From: an uncultured bacterium
GTDB taxonomy: Bacteria > Actinomycetota > Geothermincolia > Geothermincolales > Geothermincolaceae
Direction of reading: 5' to 3'
DNA: 64,000 nt
NCBI GenBank assembly: GCA_963814495.1
Contig: CAWFDJ010000032.1
Span: 1,259-65,258 of the forward strand
Both the position numbers and the translations under genes were made by a program. Under the pieces are notes generated by a model that saw only the letters and a program-made list of their open reading frames with translations, made no database searches and was not told the origin of the DNA. Below are positions 55,238-64,000 of this stretch, in pieces (within the stretch, counting starts at the first letter, position 1; each line of letters opens with the position of its first letter).

Positions 55238-55298
55238 GCCGTCAGGCCGCCTTTCTCTCAACTGCCTGGTGTCCCAGCGCCTTGACCGTACTCGCACC

Positions 55299-56651
55299 TC
55301 AGCCCATCTCCTTCTCTATGACGGATGCCAGTTCCTGCGCGATGCCCTCCGCCTCTTCCAGCGTGGGGGCCTCCACCATCACCCTCACCAGCGGTTCGGT
55401 GCCGGAAGGGCGGATGAGCACGCGGCCGTTGTCCCCCAGCCTCCGCTCGGCCTCGCCCACCCGCTCCCTGACCAGGTCGCTCCGTTCCAGGCGGTCGCGA
55501 TCGGGCACGGGCACGTTGACCAGCACCTGGGGGAACCGCCGGATGGAGCCGGTGATCTCGGAGACCGGGCCTCCCCGGTCCTGCCAGGCGGAGCAGAAGC
55601 GCAAGCCTGTCAGGAGGCCGTCCCCGGTGGTGGACTGGTCCAGGAAGATGATGTGGCCGGACTGCTCGCCGCCCAGGTTGAGGCCGCGGCCCAGCATCTC
55701 CTCCAGCACGTAACGGTCTCCCACGGCGGAGAGGTGCACGGTGATGCCCCGCTCGCGCATGGCCAGATGGAACCCCTTGTTGGACATGACCGTGGCCACC
55801 AGCGAGTCCTGGTTGAGCTCCCCCCGGCCCGCCATGTGGCCGGCGCAGAGGGCCATGATCACGTCCCCGTTGAGCAGTTCGCCCCGCTCGTCCGCGACGA
55901 TGAGCCTGTCGGCGTCGCCGTCGAAGGCCAGCCCCAGGTCGGCCCCTTCGCTCACCACCAGCCCGGCCAGGCGCTCCGGGTTGGTCGATCCGCACCCGGC
56001 GTTGATGTTGCAGCCGTCCGGCTGGTCGAAGAATGCCCGCACCTCGGCACCGCACCCCGCGAAGATGCGGGGGGCGGCCTCGAAGGCCGCTCCGTTGGCA
56101 CAGTCCAGCACCAGGAGCCGCCCCGCGAGGTCCACGCCCCCGATGTCCAGCAGGTGCCGGACATACCAGTCCAGCGCCTCGGGATGCCGGGTGACCCGGC
56201 CCACCGCCTCGCCCTCCGGGCGCCCCTCCGACAGGGCCTGGTGGTCCTGGATGGCCCCTTCTATCTCCTCCTCCACCGCGTCGGGCAGCTTGAAGCCGCT
56301 GGAGTGGAAGATCTTGATCCCGTTGTCCTCCATGGGGTTATGGCTGGCGGAGAGGACCACGCCGGCGTCGGCGCCCCAGTCCCTGGTCAGCACGGCTATG
56401 GCGGCGGTGGGAAGGATTCCCAGGAGCGAAGCGTCACCCCCGGCGGCGGCTACGCCGGCGCTCAGGGCGGCCTCCAGCATCTCGCCGGAGCAGCGGGTGT
56501 CGCGGCCGACGAGTATCCTGGGGCGGGACGTGTCGCGGGCCAGCACTCCCACCACGTGGAAGCCCACCTGGAAGGCCAGCTCGGGGGTGAGGTCCCGGTT
56601 GGCCCTTCCCCTGATGCCGTCCGTGCCGAACAATCTCCGCTTTTCGCTCAT
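55299..56651 (-). CDS. glmM: Phosphoglucosamine mutase
   Basis: LFGTDGIRG, SASHNP, FDGDADR, GGEQSGH, RPSGTEP.VRVM. Confidence 0.96.
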   Translation of the reverse strand: MSEKRRLFGTDGIRGRANRDLTPELAFQVGFHVVGVLARDTSRPRILVGRDTRCSGEMLEAALSAGVAAAGGDASLLGILPTAAIAVLTRDWGADAGVVLSASHNPMEDNGIKIFHSSGFKLPDAVEEEIEGAIQDHQALSEGRPEGEAVGRVTRHPEALDWYVRHLLDIGGVDLAGRLLVLDCANGAAFEAAPRIFAGCGAEVRAFFDQPDGCNINAGCGSTNPERLAGLVVSEGADLGLAFDGDADRLIVADERGELLNGDVIMALCAGHMAGRGELNQDSLVATVMSNKGFHLAMRERGITVHLSAVGDRYVLEEMLGRGLNLGGEQSGHIIFLDQSTTGDGLLTGLRFCSAWQDRGGPVSEITGSIRRFPQVLVNVPVPDRDRLERSDLVRERVGEAERRLGDNGRVLIRPSGTEPLVRVMVEAPTLEEAEGIAQELASVIEKEMG

Positions 56652-56714
56652 CTCCTTACATCCCTTGTCGGCCTGAAAACATAAAGAGAATATAGCACCC
56701 GGACGCCCCGCCTT

Positions 56715-57757
56715 TCAAACTGCGCCCGTATCGCGATAATCCCTGTTCACACAGGGTCCGGCCATGGCCCCCAGCACACCCTGGTAGTCCAGGGAGAAGG
56801 CCAGCGTGTCCCCCCTGCCGGGGCCCGAGGTACCGCCCTCCCCGGCCAGCAGGGTCAGGTCCCCGAAATACTCCAGGACCCGCAATCCGGGCTCGCGGGG
56901 GACGAGGGATCCCGCCCCCAGGTCGGAGCGGCCGGCCGCCACCAGCAGCCGGGTCTCCATGCGCCCTCCGCCGCCCCGGGCCTCCTTCGATTCCACCACC
57001 TCGGCCAGCAGGGTGAAGGCGTCGTCCCGCAAGTCCGGGAGCTTCTCCCCCCGGGTGGTCTCGCGGCCCAGCAGCAGGGCTTCCCCGACGCGCAGCTCCA
57101 CCCCGGCGGGCAGTTTCCCGCCCAGGGCTTCCAGCAGCATGGCGGAGTTGCCGGCCGAGATGAGCGGCTCTTCCACCGGGAAGAGCTCCCTGTGCTTCTC
57201 CGCCAGTTCCTTGAGGAGCTCGGCCGGCGCGGGAGACGGCGGCTCTCCCCGGCAGGCCGTATGGGTGCCCAGGCCCACCAGTTCGATGGAGCCGCGCCGC
57301 GCCGGCGCGGCGCATGGCTGCCGGGGCCAGGGGGAGGGGGATACCCTCCCGCTCCCCTCCCGTCTCCACCATCAGGACCACCCGCGGGGCGCTCCCGGAG
57401 GCTTCGCCCAGGGCGGCCAGGTCCTCGAGCATGGATTCGCTGCTCGCCAGGAAGAGGTCGGCCCACCGGCAGGCCTCGGCCAGCTCGCGGCCTGCCGCGG
57501 GCAGCAGCATGGCCAGCTCGGTGGAGGGCAGGGCCTCGCGCAGCCGGCCCAGGTTACGGGCGCGGGAGTCGGCCAGGCCGAGCGGCTCCCCCCTCCAGCA
57601 TGGCCGAGGCGACGCGTACGTCGCCGTGACAGGCCTTGGTGACCCCCCTCATCCCGATGCCCCTCTCGGCCAGGGCACGCGTCAGCGCACCGGCGTTGCC
57701 GCGCAACAGGTCAAGCCGGATGACCAGCTCCGGATGGGAGCCCGAGGGGGAACGCAT
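56715..57757 (-). CDS. Fold-III PLP enzyme of the ornithine racemase/YhfX-like family; frameshifted
   Basis: L.IRLD.L..N, GVTKAC.G (PLP Lys), LADSR..NL, VLMVE.G..REG, GLGTHTAC, ISAGNS, LRVGEALLLG, FTL.AEVVE. Confidence 0.75.
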
Positions 57758-57759
57758 GT

Positions 57760-58152
57760 CTAGCGCTTGGAGAACTGCGGGCGTTTGCGGGCTTTCTTGA
57801 GCCCGTATTTCTTGCGTTCCACCATGCGCGGGTCGCGCCGGAGGAACCCGGCTTTCTTGAGATCGCCACGCAGGGTATCGTCGCAGTCGAGCAGGGCCCG
57901 GGCTATGCCGTGGCGCAGGGCTCCGCCCTGGCCGGAGTTGCCCCCTCCCTGGATGCTGGCCACGATGCGATAACGGCCGGCGGTACCGGTGACCTCGAGC
58001 GGCCTGAGGATATCCACGCGCACGGTGGCGCGGGGGAAATACTCTTCCAATTGTTTGCCGTTGACCACGATCTCCCCATCGCCGGGGTATAGCCTGACCT
58101 TGGCTACGGCCTTCTTCCTTCTACCCGTCCCATATCCCAGGGTCTCTGGCAA
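57760..58152 (-). CDS. rpsI: 30S ribosomal protein S9
   Basis: [44 protein letters not shown]; TTG start 58152. Confidence 0.97.
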   Translation of the reverse strand: MPETLGYGTGRRKKAVAKVRLYPGDGEIVVNGKQLEEYFPRATVRVDILRPLEVTGTAGRYRIVASIQGGGNSGQGGALRHGIARALLDCDDTLRGDLKKAGFLRRDPRMVERKKYGLKKARKRPQFSKR

Positions 58153-58169
58153 TGCTCCACCTAGCCTTT

Positions 58170-58615
58170 CTAACGCTTGACTCCCGCCAGTTCCAACGGT
58201 TCCGGCTGCTGTGCCTGGTGGGGATGGCGGGGCCCCTTGTAGACGTGCAGCTTCTTGAGCATCTGGCGGCCGAGGCGGTTGTGGGGGAGCATGCCCCGCA
58301 CCGCCTTGGTGACCACGAAGTCGGACTTGTTCTTCATCAACTCGGAGTAGGGGATCTCCCTCAGGCCTCCGGGATAACCGGAATGGCGGTAGTAGATCTT
58401 CTTGTCCAGCTTGGCCGCCGGTCAGTTTGACCTTGTCCGCGTTGATGATGATGACGTTGTCGCCCACGTCCATGTGGGTGGAGTAGGTGGGGTTTCTCTT
58501 GCCCTTGAGGATCTGGGCCACTTCGCTGGCCAGCCTGCCCAGCACCAGGTCCTCGCGCGTCTATGAGGTACCATTTCCTCTCGATATCACCGGCCTTGAC
58601 CGTGTATGTCTTCAT
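58170..58615 (-). CDS. rplM: 50S ribosomal protein L13; two frameshifts
   Basis: [30 protein letters not shown], and C-terminal HPHQAQQP in successive frames. Confidence 0.95.
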
Positions 58616-58674
58616 CTGCCTCACCGTCTGGATTCTCCGTTTCGGCCCTCAGGCCTCGAACACGACAAACATAA

Positions 58675-58703
58675 ATGATAGATGAAAGGGGTTTGCTAGT
58701 CAA
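58675..58703 (-). promoter_or_regulatory. Putative sigma70 promoter of rplM-rpsI
   Basis: TTGACT (58703-58698) N17 TATCAT (58680-58675) on the minus strand. Confidence 0.7.
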
Positions 58704-58815
58704 GAAAATCCATATGGGCCGGAAGATATGCAGAATCGGGCCGCACGCGCGTATGATGTCATATATAAGGAGCCAGGGAAAGCCGGGCACGACAGCCGGA
58801 ACGGAGGCAACGAGC

Positions 58816-59145
58816 ATGAACGGAGCGGGAAGGGACGATGCCGGGTTCTCGCTGATCGAGTTGATGGTGGTCATCCTGATCATCGGGATACTGGTGGCCA
58901 TTGCGGTGCCGGTGTTCTTCGGCGCGAGGAGCCAGAGCGAGGAGGCTGCCTGCCAGGACAACCTGAGGACCATCGACGGGGTCGTCTCGGAGTACGACAT
59001 CGCCCACGGCGCGTGGCCGGACGACATATCCCAGCTGGCGCCCGAGTTCCTGCGCGAGGTGCCCGTGTGCCCGGCCGGCGGCACGTATTCACTCAGCGCC
59101 GACGTCCCTCCCCGGACCATCTGCTCGGCCGGCCACACCTATTGA
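58816..59145 (+). CDS. Type IV pilin / ComGC-like prepilin
   Basis: Class III signal G|FSLIELMVVILIIGILVAIAVP with Glu5; 99-aa mature protein. Confidence 0.92.
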   Translation: MNGAGRDDAGFSLIELMVVILIIGILVAIAVPVFFGARSQSEEAACQDNLRTIDGVVSEYDIAHGAWPDDISQLAPEFLREVPVCPAGGTYSLSADVPPRTICSAGHTY

Positions 59146-59257
59146 CGCCCGCGCCGGGACCTGCCGGGGCACCCTCGGGTTCCATCCCTTAAACCTTCTC
59201 GTAACGCCGTCCTTTTGTGTTCCGGCGAGCTTTTCGTTAAGATGGACTAAAACCGGG

Positions 59258-60380
59258 ATGGGAGAGGAGGCATCAGCGTTGGAAAGCCATTTCGATCTGG
59301 ATGATGTGGGAGTATACGGTCAGCTCGACCCCTCCGGCATGACCGCGGCGATCGAGAGTTTCCCCGAGCAATGCCGCAAGGCCGAGAAGATAGCCAGGGA
59401 CCTGAGGGACCAGTACCCGGCGGACGACATCCGGGAGGTCGTGGTGCTGGGCATGGGCGGCTCGGCCATCGGCGGGGACGTCGTCAAGGCCCTGCTGGAG
59501 AACGCCCTGAGCATGCCGGTGACCGTGCACCGCGGTTACTGCCCCTGCAAGTATTACTCCCCCCATACCCTCCTGTTCGCCGTGAGCTACTCCGGAAACA
59601 CCGAGGAGACCCTGGCCAGCCTGGACGACGCCGTCTACCAGAACTGCAAGGTCGTCGCCATCACTTCCGGGGGCACGCTGCTCCAGAAGGCCCAGGGTTA
59701 CCGCTGGCCCACCCTGCAGGTGCCGGAAGGGCTGCAGCCCCGGGCCGCCCTGCCCTACCTGACCCTGCCCATGGCCATCATGCTGGAGAAGATGGGGATG
59801 GTCAGGGACTTCTCCCGGGTACTGGGCTGGACGGTGACCTCGCTCGGACAGCCGGGCCAGGCAGTGGGGCCGCCTGCAACCGGCCCGCGGCAACTTCGCC
59901 AAGCAACTGGCGCAACGGCTGTATGGCAAGGTGCCGGTCATCTACGGTATGGAAGGGCCGCTGTCGGTGGCCGCCTACCGCTGGAAATGCCAGATCAACG
60001 AGAACTCCAAGGTGCCCGCCTTCCATAACGTCATCCCGGAGATGAACCACAACGAGATCGTGGGCTGGGATGAACTGGACGATTTCTCCAGGCTGGTCGA
60101 GGTGGTCTTCCTGGTGGACGAGGAGGACAACCCCCGGCTGGTGCACCGGGCCAGGATCACCTCCGAGCTGATCAAGGACAAGGTCGGCGGGGTCAGCGTG
60201 GTCCACGTGAGCGGCGCCTCCCGCACCGAGAAGCTGCTCTCCACCATCCTGCTGGGAGACTTCGTCAGCGTGTACCTGGCCCTGCTCAACGGCAGGGACC
60301 CCACCCCGGTGGAGCGCATCAGCCAGCTCAAGGCGCGCATGGCCGAGGTCAAGGACGAGCCCGCCTGCTTCGGGGAATGA
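59258..60380 (+). CDS. Bifunctional phosphoglucose/phosphomannose isomerase; frameshift at ~59850
   Basis: GMGGSAIGGD, SYSGNTEET, QPRAAL, RWKCQINENSK, PEMNHNEI. Confidence 0.93.
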
Positions 60381-60402
60381 GGCCCGGGCGGGGATAAGGC
60401 CG

Positions 60403-61271
60403 ATGGCTTCCACCGCAACAGCCTGGCAGGACAGGGCCCTCGAGGCGGCCGGCCTGCTGCGCGGGCGGCTGCGGGTGGAGGGGTTGCGCCGAACCGCGCT
60501 GGGCGGTGGTGCTCGGCAGCGGCATGCAGAGCCCCCCTTACCTGGACCCCGGGTCCCCCTTCCTGCAGTGGCGAGTTCGAGGAGATACCCCACCTCCCGG
60601 CGTCGTCGGTCCCCGGGCACGCGGGAAGCCTGCAACTGGGCCTGATCGAGGGCCAGCCGGCCCTGGTGCAGCGGGGCCGCATCCATTACTACGAGTGCCT
60701 CGACTTCAACGCCGTCACCTTCAGCTTGAGGATCATGCGCGAACTGGGGGTCGGGCACGTCATCCTCACCAACGCGGCGGGCGCCCTCAATCCCGTCTAC
60801 GAAGTGGGCGACCTGATGCTGGTGCGGGACCACGTCAACCTGATGGGGGGAAACCCCCTCCTCTCCCTCGAGCCCGGCGAGGGGGAGCGTTTCCTGGACC
60901 TCTCCGACGCGTACGACGATGCCGCGGGCGACCTGGCCATGTCCATCGCCAGGGCCCAGGGCGCCAGGATGGAGGGGGGAGTACTGGTGGCGGTGACCGG
61001 CCCGTGCTACGAGACCGGCGCCGAGCTGCGGTTCCTGCGCCTGCTCGGCGGCGACGCGGTGAGCATGAGCACGGTGCCCGAGGTCATCTTCGCGCGCTGG
61101 CTGGGGCTGCGGGTGACCGCCATCAGCTGCATCACCAACGTCTGGGACATGTTCAGGCCGCATGCCCTCGGCCATGCCGACGTCCTGGAGGCCGCGGAAG
61201 AAGCGGCACCGGCGCTGGAGCGGCTCATCCGCGGCCTCATCCGCGAAACGGCCGCGGCCGGGCCCGGGTGA
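60403..61271 (+). CDS. punA: Purine nucleoside phosphorylase (trimeric PunA/XapA type); frameshifted
   Basis: VLGSG, PGHAGSL, GRIHYYE, TNAAGALN, DHVNL, GPCYET.AE, MSTVPE, SCITN. Confidence 0.88.
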
Positions 61272-61905
61272 GCCTCAGGCAGGCGGCGCCTGCCCGCGCC
61301 GCTTCGCGGCCCGACCGGCCACCGTGCTCAACCTGTATAGCCACCGCCGCGGCCGCCAGGGACGCGTAGGACAACGCCACCACCTGCGTGAAGGTCTTGC
61401 CGGCGCCGTACTTCAAGTCGAAGCCGAGCTTGAAGGCATGCGCCAGCGCCACCACGAACAGCAGGTAGTTGAGCCGGTGCAACCAGCGCCAGACGCGCTT
61501 GAGGCGCTTGCGGGCCAGGGCAGCGGAGACGGTCACCGCGAGCAGGACCAGGGCGACCGGCCCCAGGGCCACGTAGATCACCCTTGTACCCGGTCAAGCC
61601 CGTAGATGATCACCAGCACGCCGTGCCCCAGGGCCAGCAGGAAGGCGGCCAGGCCGGTGAAGTTGTGCGACGACGTAGACCTTGCGCGGCGGGAAGACCG
61701 CGTTGAAGAGGGGCCGGGCCGCGCCGGTCACCACGTTGAAGAAGAGCAGGGTCAGGGCGTAGAGGGCCAGCAGGCGCAGGGCGGTCCACTGGCCGGAGAT
61801 GGAGGCCGTATCCGAAGCGGCCAGGACCAGCGGCGGCACGGCCAGCGCGGCCAGGGCGGCCACCAGCGTGGCGGCCTGGCAAGCGCGCCTGGCGAAACCC
61901 TTCAT
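61237..61905 (-). CDS. Ferric reductase-like (MsrQ-like) diheme-b membrane protein; frameshifted, 3' end uncertain
   Basis: Multiple TMs; His pairs in (A)HNFTG...LGHG and WRWLHRLNYLLFVVALAH. Confidence 0.75.
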
Positions 61906-61926
61906 CCCGCCCTCCCCGCGGCCGGC

Positions 61927-62299
61927 CTACTGGCAGGGTGCCCACGACGGGGAACCTCCGGAGGTTGGCGCGCATCCTCTCCGGCGCCGTCTTCATCACC
62001 TCGGAAAGGTCCCTTCCGGCCACGGAGCCCGGGCAGGAGGAGTGCGAGCCCTGCGGCCACATCGAACTGCCGGTGACGTCGTAGACGACCCCGTCCACCG
62101 CCACGTAGGCGGGACGGCCGTCCTTCCCGTCGAACTGCGACAGCTCCTGCGCCGTAAAGACCTTGCCCGGAGTCTCTACCTGCCCGCTCTGCCCGTTCGC
62201 CCGCAGGCGTCGCCTCCTGCGAGCCGTCGCCACCGCAACCCGCCGCCAGCGCCACGGCCACCACTGCCGCAACGGCCGTAGGACAATCAGTTTCCTCAT
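61927..62299 (-). CDS. Cytochrome b5-like heme/steroid-binding domain lipoprotein; frameshifted
   Basis: Lipobox LAAG-C; FTAQELSQFDGKDGRPAYVAVDGVVYDVT..W..G.H...AGRDLS...VVGTL. Confidence 0.85.
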
Positions 62300-62318
62300 G
62301 ACATCCCCTCCAGGTAGT

Positions 62319-62339
62319 AGAATCGGCTAAACCGATTCT
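62319..62339. promoter_or_regulatory. Perfect 8-bp inverted repeat just upstream of the cytochrome b5 SD (operator or hairpin)
   Basis: agaatcgg-ctaaa-ccgattct. Confidence 0.35.
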
Positions 62340-62577
62340 CCCCCAGGCACTCCCGAAACATCAACCGGACCTCAAAGCGTTGGCCCAGGCCTCGCCCTCC
62401 CCGCTCCCGCTAGTAACGTCCGAGCTCCCCTGGCGAAGCCGGGCCCTCCGGACGGACCCTCGAGCCAGCCCGGAATGACAGGAGATGCATCTCCCGGGCA
62501 GACCAGCCGGAAGCCCGTAATCTGGGCTCGCCAGGTCCGGAAGGAGGTTCGGCTGGATAAGGAGTTGGAGTTCGAGG

Positions 62578-63915
62578 TCAGGAGCGGATGAGGGCGAGGA
62601 CCTCGTCCCGCTTCTCCTCCATCAGCTCCCGCGAGACGGCCTCGAGGTTGAGCCGCAGCAGGGGCTCGGTGTTGGAGGGGCGCACGTTGAACCACCAGTC
62701 GGAGTACTCCACGCTCAGGCCGTCCTTGCGGTCGATGGCCGCGTCGGAATAGGCCTGGACGATCTGCTCGAGCTTGGCGGGGATGTCCTCCACCCGGCTG
62801 TTGATCTCGCCCGAGTCGAAGTACTTCTTGAACGGCTCGACCACCTCGGAGAGGGGCTGGTCCTGCAGGGAGATGATCTCCAGCACGATCATGGCGGCGA
62901 TGAGGCCGGAGTCGGCCCGGTAGTTGTCCCGGAAGTAGTAGTGCCCGGAGTGCTCGCCGGCGAAGATGGCGCCCGTCTCCGCCATGGTCTGCTTGATGAA
63001 GGAGTGCCCCACGCGTTCGCGCACGGGGGTGCCGCCGAATTCCCGGATGGTCTCGGGCACGATCCAGGAGTTGACGCAGTTGTAGATGACCGTCTCCCCG
63101 GGGTGGGTCTCGAGGATGCGCCGGGCCACCATGGCGGTGGTGATGGAGGCGCTGACCGGCTCGCCCCGGTCGTCGACCAGGAAGACCCGGTCGGCGTCGC
63201 CGTCGAAGGCCATGCCCAGGTCGGCCCGGTTCTCCAGCACCCAGTCCTGCAGCAGCTTGATGTTCTGGGGCTCGATGGGGCTGGGCTGGTGGTGGGGGAA
63301 GCTGCCGTCCAGCTCGAAGCAGTAGGGCACCAGTTCCACCGGCAGCCTGTCGAAGACGGCCGGGATGAGCATGCCCGCCATGCCGTTGCCCGCGTCCACC
63401 ACTATCTTCATGGGCTTGATGCTGCTCACGTCGATGAAGCTCAAGACGTGCCGCACGTATTCCGGGAGCATGTCGCGCTCTTCCAGGGAGCCCGTCCGCG
63501 CCGCCGCCGGAAACTCCCCCCCGACGGTCAGGTCCCGGATCTCCGCGATCCCGGTGTCCTCGCTGATGGGCGCGGCCCGGCGCCGGCATAGTTTGAGCCC
63601 GTTGTACTCCTTGGGGTTGTGGGACGCGGTGAACATGGCCCCCGGCACGTCCAGCACGCCGGAGGCGAAGTAGATGGTGTCGGTGGAGCAGAGGCCGATG
63701 TCCACCACGTCGGCCCCCTGCGCCCGGGCACCCTCGATGAAGGCCCGGCTGAGGGAGGGGGAGGACAGCCGCATGTCCCTGCCCACCACGATGCGCTCCT
63801 CGCCCAGGAAGGTCACGAAGGCGCGTCCGATGCGCCCGGCCACTTCCTCGTCGATCTGCCCGGGGTAGATGCCCCGGATGTCGTATGCCTTGAAGATGCT
63901 CGCGTCGATTTCCAT
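62578..63915 (-). CDS. manB: Phosphomannomutase/phosphoglucomutase
   Basis: IFKAYDIRG, TASHNP, FDGDADR, GEHSGHYYF, RPSNTEPLLRLN. Confidence 0.93.
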   Translation of the reverse strand: MEIDASIFKAYDIRGIYPGQIDEEVAGRIGRAFVTFLGEERIVVGRDMRLSSPSLSRAFIEGARAQGADVVDIGLCSTDTIYFASGVLDVPGAMFTASHNPKEYNGLKLCRRRAAPISEDTGIAEIRDLTVGGEFPAAARTGSLEERDMLPEYVRHVLSFIDVSSIKPMKIVVDAGNGMAGMLIPAVFDRLPVELVPYCFELDGSFPHHQPSPIEPQNIKLLQDWVLENRADLGMAFDGDADRVFLVDDRGEPVSASITTAMVARRILETHPGETVIYNCVNSWIVPETIREFGGTPVRERVGHSFIKQTMAETGAIFAGEHSGHYYFRDNYRADSGLIAAMIVLEIISLQDQPLSEVVEPFKKYFDSGEINSRVEDIPAKLEQIVQAYSDAAIDRKDGLSVEYSDWWFNVRPSNTEPLLRLNLEAVSRELMEEKRDEVLALIRS

Positions 63916-64000
63916 GCGACATATGATAACACAAAGCGGCGGGGCCGGATGACGGGAGCCGGGTGGTATACTAACCTTATCTCGAGAGCCGGGGGCTTAA

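Noticed and set aside
55238-55298. glmS ribozyme upstream of glmS
   Set aside because: The gap is only ~60 nt and glmS appears co-transcribed with glmM; no room or motif
58816-59145. Electrically conductive (e-)pilin
   Set aside because: Aromatics at mature positions 1, 24, 50 and 57 but Ala at 27, and the protein is longer than Geobacter-type short pilins; not supportable from sequence
62525-62560. SRP RNA (ffs) call
   Set aside because: Only the CAGGTCCGGAAGGA half matches; the conserved AGCAGC strand is missing, so it was not annotated as a feature

Overview
High-GC chromosomal segment, almost entirely encoded on the minus strand. The synteny (rplM-rpsI-glmM-glmS-acpS-nnr-alr; tilS-hpt-ftsH-folE-folP-folB-folK-panG-panC-panD-nadABC-coaX) looks actinobacterial, and the many WYxAEG-repeat surface proteins suggest a deep-branching lineage such as Ca. 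Geothermincolia (inference). Single-base frameshifts are frequent and also hit essential genes (rplM, murA, ATPase subunit I), so they are most likely uncorrected long-read errors; genes are reported here reassembled across them. The right 40 kb is mostly housekeeping: murA, a complete V/A-type ATPase operon, CoA/NAD/folate biosynthesis, cell-wall sugar genes, a pilin, and a cytochrome-b5/MsrQ-like pair. The left 23 kb is a cell-envelope region. Its most striking element is a ~15 kb putative operon (20344 to 5260). It encodes three tandem, diverged but equal-length (~1070-1090 aa) paralogues, each with an N-terminal membrane anchor, a long 23/26-residue Asn-rich helical repeat and a C-terminal amphipathic beta-hairpin, followed by a ~1770-aa secreted beta-propeller/Ig protein. 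That protein, a subtilisin and a SpoIID-like enzyme nearby all carry the same four-copy C-terminal module. No rRNA, tRNA, CRISPR array, transposase or phage gene was recognised.
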